NCBI GenBank assembly: GCA_964016885.1
Contig: OZ024757.1
Span: 21,266,001 to 21,330,000, forward strand
Source of the DNA: Eledone cirrhosa
Lineage: Eukaryota
Length of the DNA stretch: 64,000 nucleotides
Reading direction: 5' to 3'
The notes under the pieces: model-generated
Database searches by the model: none
The model's input: the letters and a program-made list of their open reading frames with translations, nothing else
What the model was told of the DNA's origin: nothing
Shown: positions 1 through 12,448 of the stretch, piece after piece
How positions within the stretch are numbered: position 1 is the stretch's first letter
Layout of the letters: the number at the start of each line of letters is the position of its first letter
Program-made: the position numbers and the translations under genes

Positions 1-100
1 TAGGAAGGGCATCCAGCTGTAGAAATCAAGCCAGAATCAGTTCTCGTCCCAACCCTTGCAAGCAGGGAAAAAGCGGACGTAAAATGAAATGAAATGAAAT
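1..100 (+). mobile_element. 3' tail of tRNA-derived SINE family A (cut by window edge)
   Basis: Matches the 3' end of the full copy at 32663-33015 (aggaagggcatccagctgtagaaatcaagccagaatcag...gcggacgtaaaatga) and ends in an (aaatg)n tail. Confidence 0.85.
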
Positions 101-110
101 GAAAATATAT

Positions 111-296
111 AACAAAGGAATTGTGGTAAGGAACCAGATAGACCATAACACACCAGAGTACTCAATACTTAGGGTAGTAGAGTGGGTAATAGGAAAAAGT
201 ATGACCCCGACGGCACAGCTCAAGCCGTTTCGACGGCTATTTCAGTCCAGAAATAGCCGTCGAAATGGCTTGAGCTCTGCCGTCGGGGTCATACTT

Positions 297-300
<4 letters not shown>
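111..300 (-). mobile_element. Asymmetric-palindrome element family P1 (putative non-autonomous Penelope-like) with hammerhead 3' half
   Basis: 51-bp inverted arms 193-243/250-300 (2 mismatches, loop agtcca) plus one-sided extension 111-192, flanked by TA. Contains GAAA-cggc-loop-gccg-TC. Second copy at 37868-38042. Confidence 0.6.
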
Positions 301-344
<44 letters not shown>

Positions 345-2544
345 GTGTGTTTGTGTGTGTGTGTGTGAGCATGTGTGTGTGTGTGTGTGTGCATATGTGA
401 GTGTATATATGTATATATATATTGTGAGCATTTGTGTGTGTCTGAGTGTATTTGTGTGTGTGTGTGTGTGTGTGAATATGTGAGTGTATATATATATATG
501 AATTTATGTGTATGTTGTATATAATGTTCTCAGAAAGAGGCCAGGTAGAAATATGGGGCGGAGAGTAATAGGTTAAATATACATACATATATATATATAT
601 ATGTATATATACACACAGACACAATCACACAATTATACATTACATACACACAATCATACACATACAATCACACACATACATACAGACAAAATCACACATA
701 CATACGCACACACATAAATACACAAACACATACATAAACGTACATCCCCCCACACACACATACAAACATAACCACACACACACTCACACAAACATAACCA
801 CACACACACATACACACATTCCCCCCACACACACATACATACATAAACATAACCACACACAGAGAAACATAACCACATATACACACACATACACACATTC
901 CCCCCACACACACATACATACATAAACATAACCACACACAGAGAAACATAACCACATATACACACACATACACACAAACATAACCACACACAGACAAACA
1001 TAACGACATACACACACACACATTCCCACACATCCCCCCCCCACACACACACACAAACAATCACACACAGACACACATAACCACATACACACACACACAA
1101 ACATAACCACACACAGACAAACATAACCACACACAGACAAACAACCACATACACACACACATTCCCACACATCCCCCCCCACACACAAACATAACCACAC
1201 ACAGACAAACATAACCACATACACACATATACACACACAAACATAACCACACACAGACAAACATAACCACATACACACACACATTCCCACACATCCCCCC
1301 ACACACATACACACACAAACATAACCACACACAGACAAACATAACCACATACACACATATACACACACACACAAACATAACCACATACACACACACACAC
1401 ATTCCCACACATCCCCCCACACACATACACACACAAACATAACCACACACAGACAAACATAAACACATACACACATATACACACACACACAAACATAACC
1501 ACACACAGACAAACATAACCACATACACACACACAAACATAACCACAGACAAACATACACACATACACACACAAACATAACCACACAGAGACAAACATAA
1601 CCACATACACACACACAAATTCCCACACATCCCCCCACACACACGCACATACACACACACAAACATAACCACACACAGAGAAACATAACCATATACACAC
1701 ACACAAACATAACCACATACACACACACACACACATTCCCCCCCCCCCACATACACACACACAAACATAACCACATACACACATACACAAACATAACCAC
1801 ACAGAGACAAACATAACCACATACACACACACACATTCCCACACATCCCCCCCACACACACGCACATACACACACACAAACATAACCACACACAGAGAAA
1901 CATAACCACATACACACACACACAAACATAACCACACACACGCACATTCCCCCCCCCCCCCCTCCCCCACACATACACACACACAAACATAACCACAGAC
2001 AAACATAACCACATACACACATACACACACACACACAAACATAACCACACACACAAACATAACCACATACACACACACACATTCCCCCCCCCCCCCCCAC
2101 ACACACATACACACACAAACATAACCACACACAGAGAAACATAACCACATACACACACACACACAAACATAACCACACAGAGACAAACATAACCACATAC
2201 ACACACATACACCCCCACACACACATATACACCCCCCCACACACACACCCATACACACCCAATCACATGCAATCCAGCTATGATAGAAACCCTCTTCTAT
2301 AGGTTAATGATTTTTCTTTTTTTATATATATCTTTATATTATTTTTGTTAAATATTTTATTTTTAGAATATTACTCCCCCACCCCCGACGTTACTCCCCC
2401 ACCCCAATGATACCTCCCACCCCCAACGTTACCCCGCCCCACCAGGGATTTGGGAGACTTCTACACCAACGTCAATGTCCTCCCACAAACTTAACATCAA
2501 ATTAAAGAAAGAAAACTAAAAAATTAATAGATAAAGAAAAGAAT

Positions 2545-2578
<34 letters not shown>

Positions 2579-2786
2579 TTATATATGCACCCACACCCAC
2601 ACATATATACACACACACACACATATATATATATATACACACACATACATATATCTATACACACACACACATATCTATATACACACACACACACATATAT
2701 ATACACACACACACATATATATACATACACACACACACACATACATATATATACACACACATATATATATATACACACACACACAC

Positions 2787-2819
<33 letters not shown>

Positions 2820-2876
2820 CACACACACATATATATATACACACACACATACATATATATATATACACACACACAC

Positions 2877-2917
<41 letters not shown>

Positions 2918-2988
2918 CACACACACACACACACATATATACACTCACACATATATATATACACACAGACATATTATTACACACCCAC

Positions 2989-3019
<31 letters not shown>

Positions 3020-3141
3020 TATATACATATATATATATATACACACACACACATATACATATATATATATACACACACACACATATATATATAGATATAT
3101 ATATATACACACACACACATATATATATACATATATATATA
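301..3141. repeat. (TA)n/(CA)n microsatellites and complex CA-rich minisatellite (core acaaacataacc, about 650-2260)
   Basis: Visible low-complexity repeats; overlapping ORFs are V/C/Y/M dipeptide artefacts. Confidence 0.95.
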
Positions 3142-3182
3142 TTTCTTTACAAATGTTTCACAAAGCTACTAGATTACCAGTG

Positions 3183-3391
3183 AAGAAGAAGAAGAAATAA
3201 GAAGGGAAGAAAAGGAAGAAGAAAAGGAAGAAGAAGAAAAGGAAGAAGAAAGGGAAGAAAAAGAAGACAAAGAAGAATAAAAATAAAAATAAAAAGACAA
3301 AGAAGAAGAAGAAGAAGAAGAAGAAAAGGAAGAAGAAAAAGAAAAAGACAAAGAAGAATAAGAATAAAAATAAAAAGACAAAGAAGAAGAA

Positions 3392-3423
<32 letters not shown>

Positions 3424-3920
3424 AGAAAGAAGAAGAAGGGAAGAAAAGGAAGAAAAAGAAAAGGAAGAAGAAAAGGAAGAAGAAGAAAAGGAAGAATAAG
3501 AAGAAAAGGAAGAAGAAGAAAAGGAAGAAAAAAGAGGACAAAGAAGAAGAAAAATAAAAAGACAAAGAAGAAGAAGGCGAAGAAGAAGAAGAAGAAGAAG
3601 GCAAAGAAGAAGAAGAAGACAAAGAAGGCAAAGAAGAATAAGAAGAAGACAAAGAAGGCAAAGAAGAATAAGAAGAAGAAGAAGAAGAAGGCAAAGAAGG
3701 CAAAGAAGAATAAGAAGAAGACAAAGAAGGCAAAGAAGAATAAGAAGAAGAAGAAGAAGGCAAAGAAGGCAAAGAAGAATAAGAAGAAGACAAAGAAGGC
3801 AAAGAAGAATAAGAAGAAGAAGAAGAAGAAGGCAAAGAAGGCAAAGAAGAATAAGAAGAAGACAAAGAAGGCAAAGAAGAATAAGAAGAAGGCAAAGAAG
3901 GCAAAGAAGGCAAAGAAGGC
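3183..3920. repeat. (GAA)n-based purine-rich minisatellite (gaagaaggcaaa / gaagacaaa variants)
   Basis: Direct inspection. Confidence 0.95.
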
Positions 3921-4164
3921 CCAAGAAAGGTAGGAAAAGGTAAAGTAATACCTGTTGTTTGTATTTTTGTTGTGTTTAATTCCTTGCCAGTAAATTTGGA
4001 AACTAATCTAATCTGCCATAGCAACATCACCTGTAAATGATGGCATCATCTGATAGCGAGGTTGGTGGCTGCTCTCTATATCTCCTGTATTAGGTAATGT
4101 TATTAACACTCGTATATAAGACGCCCCACCCCACCCCACATACACTGGGAAATTAGGGGAACAG

Positions 4165-4495
4165 TGGAGGGTGATGGTAGTGGTGCTGTGGTGGTGTGGC
4201 GTGGTGGTGTTGTGGTGGGGGTGTGGTGGTGTTGTGGTATGGTGGTGGTCGTGTTGTGGTGGTGGTGGTGGTGGTGTTGTGGTGGGGGTGTGGTGGTGCT
4301 GTGATGGTGTTGTGGTGGTGGTGTTGTGGTGGTGTGGTGGTGGTGTGGTGGTGTGGTGGTGGTCGTGTTGTGGTGGTGGTGTTGTGGTGGAGGTGTATTG
4401 GTGTTGTGGTGGTGTGTTGTGGTGGTCGTGTTGTGGTGTGGTGGTGGTGGTGGTGGTAGTGGTGGTGTCGGTGCTGCTGGTGGTGTTATTGTTGG
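4165..4495. repeat. (GGT)n / GT-rich microsatellite
   Basis: Direct inspection. Confidence 0.9.
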
Positions 4496-4740
4496 TTTGA
4501 GAGAAACAGGAAAGTATAAAACAGACAGTAAGTTTTTCAATACAAGGGTGTGGGAGAGACTGGGAAAGATAAGACACCCAAAGGTAAGACCCCCCCTCCT
4601 CCCCCACCCCCAACCAGAAGAGATTTTATAGAAAACAATTATAGAAAGATTGGAAACAATTATAGTGGTTGGATAGAAATCATAGATTAACTTTAGATGT
4701 TGGCTTAAAGGTACACATATATATATATATCCATACATAC

Positions 4741-4800
<60 letters not shown>

Positions 4801-4931
4801 GTTATATAGTAAGGTGCATTGGTTGTGTAAAATGGTCCAATAACTTTATGTTAGCAATATTAATGTTCTCCACGCTTTTGTATCGTGATTAAATGATTGG
4901 AATTTTACTGTGCCTTCGGATTTTCATTTTG

Positions 4932-4963
<32 letters not shown>

Positions 4964-4993
4964 AGATCAAAAGATGGTTAAATGAGTTCCATG

Positions 4994-5064
4994 TATTTTA
5001 TTATGCGCATTTCAAAAACAAATATCATCATGCAATAACATTTGTGTTTTCATCAGATAAAATA
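4994..5064 (-). ncRNA. Mirror copy of the hammerhead ribozyme on the minus strand
   Basis: Reverse complement of 5173-5243 within the mirror arm. Confidence 0.75.
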
Positions 5065-5172
5065 GGAGGACATGATATGAAGGTTAAAAACACTTGTTTT
5101 AAATCAACATATTATGTTGATTTAAAACTGCACTATCCACAAGTGTTTTTTAACCTTCATATCATGTCCTCC

Positions 5173-5243
5173 TATTTTATCTGATGAAAACACAAATGTT
5201 ATTGCATGATGATATTTGTTTTTGAAATGCGCATAATAAAATA
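5173..5243 (+). ncRNA. Minimal type I hammerhead ribozyme
   Basis: Stem I tattttat (5173-80), CTGATGA (5181-87), 16-bp stem II (5188-5223; 3 G.U, 1 mismatch, loop gcat), GAAA (5224-27), palindromic tgcgca stem/loop III, TA (AUA triplet), stem I' ataaaata (5236-43). Confidence 0.8.
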
Positions 5244-5654
5244 CATGGAACTCATTTAACCATCTTTTGATCTTATATATTATGTATAGTCCAGTCCTAC
5301 AAACTGTAGAGTGCTTCTTATCCGATATCTGCATTGCTTTATTGTACTACAATAAAACTCACCTCCTACATATATATCTATATATATATACACCTATATA
5401 TACACACACACACCTATATATATATATAGGTGTGTGTGTGTGTGTATCTCAACAAATGAATGACATGAGAGAAACAGGTAAAAAGAAATTGAGATAATAT
5501 ATGAGATTGCCCCCCACTCCCTCTCTATGGGCCCCCTCACCTCCTCCTACACACCCAAAATAAAAGATTAATTAGGAAAGAAGAAAGAAAAGAGATGACA
5601 CAAAATAATTAGAGTTTCATGAGGATTAAACTGTTTCTTCCGTTATCAAGGTAT

Positions 5655-5850
5655 TAAGATTGGTAGAACTGGTGGAGGGTTGGACATGATGCATTGCAGT
5701 CTTGTTTGTCTTTACAGCCCTTTTTATGTTCTGAGTTAAAATCCCGCCCAAGTCAGCTTAGCCTTTCATCCTTGCGGGGGTTGATAAAATAAAGTACCAG
5801 TAATGCACTGGGTAATTGCTGGCCTTGTGCCCAAGGTAGAAACAATTAAT
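5655..5850 (+). mobile_element. Diverged SINE family B
   Basis: gcctttcatcctt..gggg..gataaaataaagtaccagtaatgcactgggtaattgctggccttgtgcc..gtagaaacaatt core. Confidence 0.8.
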
Positions 5851-6177
5851 ATGATTAAAGTTGAACTTGTCATTGAGTGACTTTCCGTTATTCCTGACAT
5901 TAAAGCAGGAGGCCTATGTTCTTTCTACAATATTGACATATTTTAATTATTGGTATTCAATTATTGCTATTTGAATTATTGCTCATATGGGATATCAGAA
6001 GTTTTTTCCTTTACTGTGCTTGCATCTTTGGTAATGAAATTACTGAACATTGACCACTGGCTATACACAATGATGGTTCAATTAGACACAACGGGTTGCA
6101 ATAGAATAACCAATACACAAGAGAGTAGAGTTTACAAGAATAACCAACACACAAGAGGGTAGAGCTTACAAGAATAA

Positions 6178-6509
6178 TCATCATCATCATCATTTTACGT
6201 CCGCTTTTCCCTGCTTGCAAGGGTGGGACGGGAACTGATTCTGGCTTGATTTCTACAGCTGGATGCCCTTCCTAACTCATTTACAGTGAGTGCTGGGTGC
6301 TTTTTTGCCATGGTGCCTACACGTCCACTTTACAGTGGAATGATAGGGACCTCAGTCCCTATCATCTCATTTCTACAGCTGAGTAAACTGGAGCAATGTG
6401 AAATAAAGTGTCTTGCTCAAGGAAACAACACATCACCCGGTCTGAGAATTGAACTCACAACCTTTTGATTGCAAGGCCAATGCTCTAACCACTAAGCCAT
6501 GTGCCTCCA
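6178..6509 (-). mobile_element. SINE family A, near full length (tRNA-like head, CORE-like middle, (GAT)n tail)
   Basis: Minus strand reads tggcttagtggttagagc (A box) ... gagttcaattctc (B box) ... ccttgagcaagacactttatttcac ... ggacgtaaaatgatgatg. Confidence 0.85.
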
Positions 6510-6726
6510 TATAATACATGAGAATAACTAATACATAAGAAGGGTTATTGTAGGATAATAACACTTAAACAAGTAGGTTGATTATATGAGAATAACAAGG
6601 GATTTTGTATACAAGAATAACCAATACGCAATAAATATATAAACATATAAAGGAAGGTATAAACCTGACCACAACTCAGTAGTTTTGGCTTATATGGGTC
6701 AAACCTTCTTGATATGTATGTATATC

Positions 6727-7460
6727 AGGTCGCTCTTCAGTGCTACTGGTAACATGTAACCCAATACAACCTGTGCATTGTTGGGTCATAGGCGACTAAA
6801 CTGGCAACCCCACTAACCTAGCTTGGCGAGGAGGGTGATTTTGGACACCCTGTAGGATGAAAATGAAACCTGTTAACCCTTTAGCATTCACATTACTCTA
6901 TATATACTATTATATTTTCATGGTAAAGGCTTTACCTCGCATAATATCTCACATAATATCGAATCTATGAGATTTTGAAAGTATTTATTTTGAGAACAAT
7001 ACCTTAACATCAGTTTGAGTGACCAGTTACAGCCAGTTTCAACAGAAAGAGGTAGAGAATTCTGGCCGGTTTTGGCTGGTTTGAACATTAAAGGGTTAAA
7101 GGGCAGAATAACTCAGTTTTTTTGTTTTCTCATGGATCGAAAGACACCTAGTCTTCATTAAGACATCTCTCTAGGAGAAAGTCACTTTGATATAAATCCT
7201 GCGACTTTGTTTGCATCCAATGATGTAGTCCAGTTCTTCTTTTTGGGTAAACGCATTTCATGTTCAGAGAGTAGGATTGGCCCCATGCAAAGATTTTCCT
7301 TACTTAAAAAAAGCTTTAAGCACAGGCATCTGTTGATATCTGACATTTTCTGCTATGTATAGTATTGCTGGCCATAGGCAAGTCCCTAGCAGGACTAAAA
7401 AGCCACGTCTGTGAAGCTCATGTTTCAGTATCAAGTGATGGCATTACTTGAAATTGAGAT
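6727..7460 (+). mobile_element. Older diverged copy of the 7505-8121 repeat, split by a MITE
   Basis: Shares gtgctactggtaacatgta..ggcgactaaactggcaacccc..gaggagggtga..ctaggagaa..cacaggcat..ggactaaaa with 7505-8121. Confidence 0.7.
6877..7095. mobile_element. piggyBac-type MITE with TTAA target-site duplication
   Basis: TTAA(6873-76)-CCCTTTAGCATTCA ... TGAACATTAAAGGG-TTAA(7096-99). Removing it restores aaacctgttaaagggca, matching the intact aaacctgtcaaagggca at about 7658. Confidence 0.8.
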
Positions 7461-7504
7461 GCAACCACCATCATCATCATCATGTGTGTATGTATGTATG
7501 TATG

Positions 7505-8121
7505 TATGTTTATGTCAGGTCACCAGTTGGTGCTACTGGTAACATGTATCCCAGTACAACCTGTCTCATGGTCGGGTCGTTGGCGACTAAACTGGCAACC
7601 CCACCAAGGTTTCTTGGTGAGGAGGGTGACTTTGGACATCCTGCAGGACTAAAAACAAAACCTGTCAAAGGGCAAGGGAGCTCTTAAGAGTCAATAGCCA
7701 TCCAAAATCACCGGGAGAGATGACCCCTTAGCCTTTGTCAAGGCAGAATTCTAGGAGAAGGAAAACTCTGATATAACACCTGCAACCCTGATGGTATCCA
7801 ATGATGTTGACTTGTTCTTCTTTTTGGTAAATATCATCTTGGTTAAGAGAGTGGGACTGGCTTTGTGCAGTGCCTTTGCTCACTATAAAAGCTTCACAGC
7901 ACAGGCATTGCTTTATATCTGGAGATCTCTCTGCACTTGTCATCACATGGTACCATGGGCCCTGCACTATGTGTCAATAATGGTCACAAGTGTAGTCTTT
8001 GTACCAGAGTTTTCAAGTCGCTGGCTGGACTAAAAAGTCACATTCGTTCAGCGCATCGGTAGGGGTTCTCCTACATGGATATAAAGTAGTGGCCGTACTC
8101 GAAAACGAGTTGGCAGCCACC
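7505..8121 (+). mobile_element. About 615-bp non-coding interspersed repeat, probably a non-autonomous retroelement inserted in (TATG)n
   Basis: Near-identical inverted, one-side-truncated copy at 16201-16609 and an older copy at 6727-7460. Confidence 0.65.
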
Positions 8122-8168
8122 ATGTATGTATGTATGTATGTATGTGTGTACGTATGTATGTATGTATG

Positions 8169-8597
8169 TTATCTCTTTATCTTAATTTTGAGTATATTTT
8201 TTTGACCGGCCACCTTCCTGTTGGCAAGGTTGTAAAAGAAAAGAAATTGTCGTCCCTTGAATCGCAACAATGTTTTGCAAATTTTGAAGGAGCCAGCTAT
8301 CGCAGCCATTTGTAGACTATGAATTAGGGAGCTGCGCTCTTTGTCCGCAAATCCAAGTTCAGTCATACCTTGGTCCAAGCGGGTTGGTATATAACCCGTA
8401 GCTCCAATAATGATGGGTATGAAGCTAAAGGTGCATCTTGGATACTGGATTTGTAAGCTCCTCATCAATGGTCCGTAGATGTCCTCCTTCTCCTGTATTT
8501 TTCTGACAACGTTTACATCAAGTGGGCAGCTGATCTCCACAACAGAACACGTTTTCAATGTGTGATACCAAACTCCTTCTCCTGCATTTTTCTGACA
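8169..8597 (-). mobile_element. 5'-truncated 3' end of an RLE-type non-LTR retrotransposon (R4/Dong-like)
   Basis: Open frame VWYHTLKTCSVVEISCPLDVNVVRKIQEKEDIYGPL...FIPIIIGATGYIP...LQMAAIAGSFKICKTLL resembles the restriction-like endonuclease C-terminus (E/D-x-x-P, K-x-x-x-Y, IIIGA-x-G). Flanked on both sides by (TATG)n. Confidence 0.8.
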
Positions 8598-8969
8598 TGT
8601 ATGTATGTATGTATGTATGTATGTATGTATGTATGAGTGTGTGTATGTATGTGTCTATGTATGTATGTATGTATGTATGTGTCTATGTATGTATGTATGT
8701 ATGTGTGTATGTTCAGCAAGTGGGAAATATCACTGTAGAGATATACATCATACATGGCTATAGATACTGCATATTAATATATGAAGTTTTTATGTCTAAT
8801 ATTATATATAATTTAATATATATATCACTATATAGACACAACAGATACACTGCTGTACATACTACATACACACACATATATACATATATATATATGTGTG
8901 CGTGTGTGTGAAAATGTTATGTTCAATATCATATATAATTTAATATACATATCACTATATAGGCAAACA

Positions 8970-9018
<49 letters not shown>

Positions 9019-9104
9019 GTCTAACCCATGCTAGCATGGAAGATGGACGTTAAATGAAGATGATGATATATATATAACTATATACATATATATATATATA
9101 TATA

Positions 9105-9130
9105 AATTATACATCATATTCTATATAACT

Positions 9131-9165
<35 letters not shown>

Positions 9166-9280
9166 TATAGAATATGATGTATAATTTAATTTCCAAATCC
9201 TGGATTACATTGTGTTAAATCATGCAGTGGAACTATTTCTGGGAGAAATAATACAATATGTTTGGAAAATCATGTTTAAT
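9105..9280 (+). repeat. Small asymmetric palindrome across a (TA)n spacer
   Basis: aaattatacatcatattctatataactata ... tatagttatatagaatatgatgtataattt (9105-9187) plus extension to about 9280. Confidence 0.7.
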
Positions 9281-9476
9281 ATATGTGTGTATGTATGTGT
9301 ATATGTATGTGTATGTGCACCAATGTATATATATATATATATGTGTGTGATGTGTGTATGTGTGTGAGTGTGTGCTAATGTATATATATGTGTGTGTGTA
9401 TGTGTGCCAATGTATATATATATGTGTGTGTATGTGTGCCAATGTATATATATATATATGTGTATGTGTGCCAATG

Positions 9477-9507
<31 letters not shown>

Positions 9508-9853
9508 ATCTGTGAATGTGTGCTAATGTATATATATGTGTGTGTGTGTATCTGTGAGTGTGTGCTAATGTATATATATGTGTGTGTGTGTGTATCTGTG
9601 AGTGTGTGCTAATGTATATATGTATGTGTGCCAATGTATATATATATATATGTGTGTGTATGTGTGAGTGTGTGCTAATGTATATTTATATGTGTATGTG
9701 TGAGTGTGTGCTAATGTATATATATATATGTATGTGTATGTGTGAGTGTGTGCTAATGTATATATATATATGTGTGTGTGTGTATGCCAATGTATATATA
9801 TATATAATGTATGTATGTGTGTTGTGTGTGTGTGTGTGTATATAATGTATGTA

Positions 9854-9893
<40 letters not shown>

Positions 9894-10640
9894 TTCAAGT
9901 GGAAAGTTTCGCAACAGTGGAACTAAAAGGCAGAAATGGTTATAGTTGCTGATGTAATGAATGTTATTTATTTTAGTGGTGGTGGTGTTGTGGTGGTTGT
10001 GGTGGTGGTGGTGTTGTGGTGGTGGTGGTGTTGTGGTGGTTGTGGTGGTATTGGTGGTAGTGGTGGTGGTGGTAGTGTGGTGTTGGTGGTGGTAGTGGTG
10101 ATGGCGTGGTGGTGGTAGTGGTGGTTGTGGTGGTGGTTATGGTTGTGGAGGTAGTGGTGGTAGTGTGGTGGTGGTGGTGGTGATGGCGTGGTGCTGGTGG
10201 TAGTGGTGGTAGTGGTGGTTGTGATGGCGTGGTGGTGGTGGTAGTGGTGATGGCGTGGTGGTGGTAGAGATGGTGTGGTGGTAGTGGTGGTAGTGGTGGT
10301 GGTGGTGGTCGTGGTCGTCGTCGTTGTTGTATTAATGGTGGTGAAGGTTGTGGCAGTGTCAATCGCTGTTGTCGTAGTAGTAATGATGAAGGTGGTGGTG
10401 TTGCTGGTGGAAGTGGTGATAGTAGTAGTAGAAGTAGTAGTAGTAGTGGTGGTAGTAGTAGTAGCAGTGGTGGTAGTAGTAGTAGTAGTGGTGGTGGTAG
10501 TAATGGTAGTAGTGGTAGTAGTAGTAGTAGCAGTAATAGCATTAGTAGTAGCAGCAGCAGCAGTAGTAGTAGTAGCAGCAGCAGCAGTAGTAGGAGTAGC
10601 AGCAGAAGTAGTAGGAGTAGTAGTAGTAGTAGTAGTAGGT
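9281..10640. repeat. TG/TA minisatellite (gtgccaatgtatata, gtgctaatgtata), then (GGT)n/(GTA)n/(GCA)n trinucleotide tracts
   Basis: Direct inspection. Confidence 0.9.
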
Positions 10641-11149
10641 GGATATTTTGTAAAGGTGTAAAAGAATGCATGTATGTGACTGCCAGAGATAAAACAGAAA
10701 TCTGCAACTGGACAGAGGAAGAAGAAGAAAAGAAAGGGGTCCAGAATGATAGAGAGATGAAGGGATGGTTGGATAGGTAAAGTAGGGAGCCAGGGAACGA
10801 TGGGTTCATTGTTAAGGTACATAGGTGGGGTGGAAAGAATAGATGGTATGATGAAAGAGAATATTTGCCCGGGGAAAGAGGATATTTCTATATAACAGCT
10901 ATAGACACAGTGTTTCCAATGAAAACTGTTATTCGGGCAAAACCCTGGATGTAAGAAATGCTAAGGTGGTGATTTATGAGGTCAATAGTTTAGACTGATA
11001 CAAACAGAATTAGGACTCCCCCCCCCAAAAAAAAGTTAGCTCTAAAATGTTGAGGTTCTTTCTTATGAAAAAGATTCTCCACTGCAGTCCTCATTTAGTA
11101 AGGGTTTTAGAAGGGTTCATATTTATGTCTATATGATTAAAACCTCCTC

Positions 11150-11732
11150 CTCATCATCATCATTTTATGTCCGCTTTTCACTGCTTGCAAGGGTGGGACG
11201 GGAACTGATTCTGGCTTGATTTCTACAGCTGGATGCCCTTCCTAACACCAACCGCATTTACAGTGAGTGCCGGGTGCTTTTTTTTTTCTGTGGCACCTCC
11301 ACGTCCACTTTACAGTGTGGGCTGGGTGCTTTTTTTGCTGTGAAACCTCCACGACCACTTTACAGTGTGGGCTGGGTGCTTTTTTGCCGTGGTGCCTCCA
11401 CGACCACTTTGCAGTGTGGGCTGGGTGCTTTTTTGCCGTGGCGCATCCACGACCACTTTGCAGTGTGGGCTGGGTGCTTTTTTGCCGTGGCGCCTCCACG
11501 ACCACTTTGCAGTGTGGGCTGGGTGCTTTTTTGCCGTGGCACCTCCACAACCACTTTGCAGTGGAATGATAAGGACCCCAGTCCCTATCATCTCATTTCT
11601 ACAGCTGAGTAAACTGGAGCAATGTGAAATAAAGTGTCTTGCTCAAGGAAACAACACATCACCTGGTCTGAGAATTGAACTCACAACCTTTCGATTGCAA
11701 GCCCAATGCTCTAACCACTAAGCCATGCGCCT
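11150..11732 (-). mobile_element. SINE family A with an internal 49-bp module expanded about 6 times
   Basis: cagtg anchors at 11313, 11363, 11412, 11461, 11510 and 11559. Confidence 0.85.
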
Positions 11733-11734
11733 TC

Positions 11735-12018
11735 ATGAAACATTTTGCTCAGAGTTACTGAAGCATGGAACAAACTACTTGCATTGGTTGTTAGCTGTCG
11801 GGACACTGCATCCTTTGAAACTTCCATGCTTCCCGAAATTCTCCAACACTCCGCCTGATATTCCCCCTCCATACACACGCACACATGTATCTGTGTGTAT
11901 ATCATGACTCATACTCTGTCCCCTTTCCTGGCATTTGTTCATTATTCTATGTACTATACATGCACCTTTGATGAATGGTAGTGCACCTGAGCACTGTACA
12001 CAATAATTTCATTATTAT
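11735..12018 (+). mobile_element. Truncated LINE-like 3' end with (ATT)n tail (family L)
   Basis: Same sequence ending gtagtgcacctgagcactgtacacaataatttcattatt at 58490-58720 and 61830-62072. The copies share the 3' end and differ at the 5' end. Confidence 0.65.
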
Positions 12019-12218
12019 TGGCAGTATCGGTAGAGGTTCGGACGCCATGCTTTGCAGCATAGAGTTACGGCTCTTTCCATTCTGAGTTCAAATCCCGGCG
12101 AGGTTAACTTTGCCTTTCATCCTTACGGGGGGGGGGGGGGGGGTCGATAAAATAAAATAAAGTACCAGTAATACACTGGGGTAATTGCTGGCCTTGTGCC
12201 TAAAGTAGAACCAATTAG
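12019..12218 (+). mobile_element. SINE family B
   Basis: ttggcagtatcggtagag ... gagttcaaatccc ... gcctttcatccttacgggg ... gtagaaccaatt. Confidence 0.85.
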
Positions 12219-12448
12219 TAGTATCATCATCATCATCAGCGTCGTCATCGCTGCTGCTGCCACAGCCATGGTCTTCCTTGGTTTCTCTCTATTGCAGCTT
12301 CCAACCACACGGACGTCTCTGCACCTCTTCACACAATTTTTTTATCACCCTGAAAAGACGGCCCATCACTATGGCGATGATGATAGGTTGGGAGACCCTT
12401 CAAAATGCGTTGAAAACATGTCAACCTCCATAGATCCACACAATGCAC

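Larger units (their letters stand above)
4958..5370 (+). mobile_element. Asymmetric-palindrome element family P2 (putative non-autonomous Penelope-like) carrying a complete hammerhead motif
   Basis: Mirror arm about 4958-5110 (11-bp deletion) against main arm 5113-5279, then 3' extension to cctcctaca at 5370, flanked by (TA)n. Related copies at 20295-20392 and 39715-39988. Confidence 0.7.
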
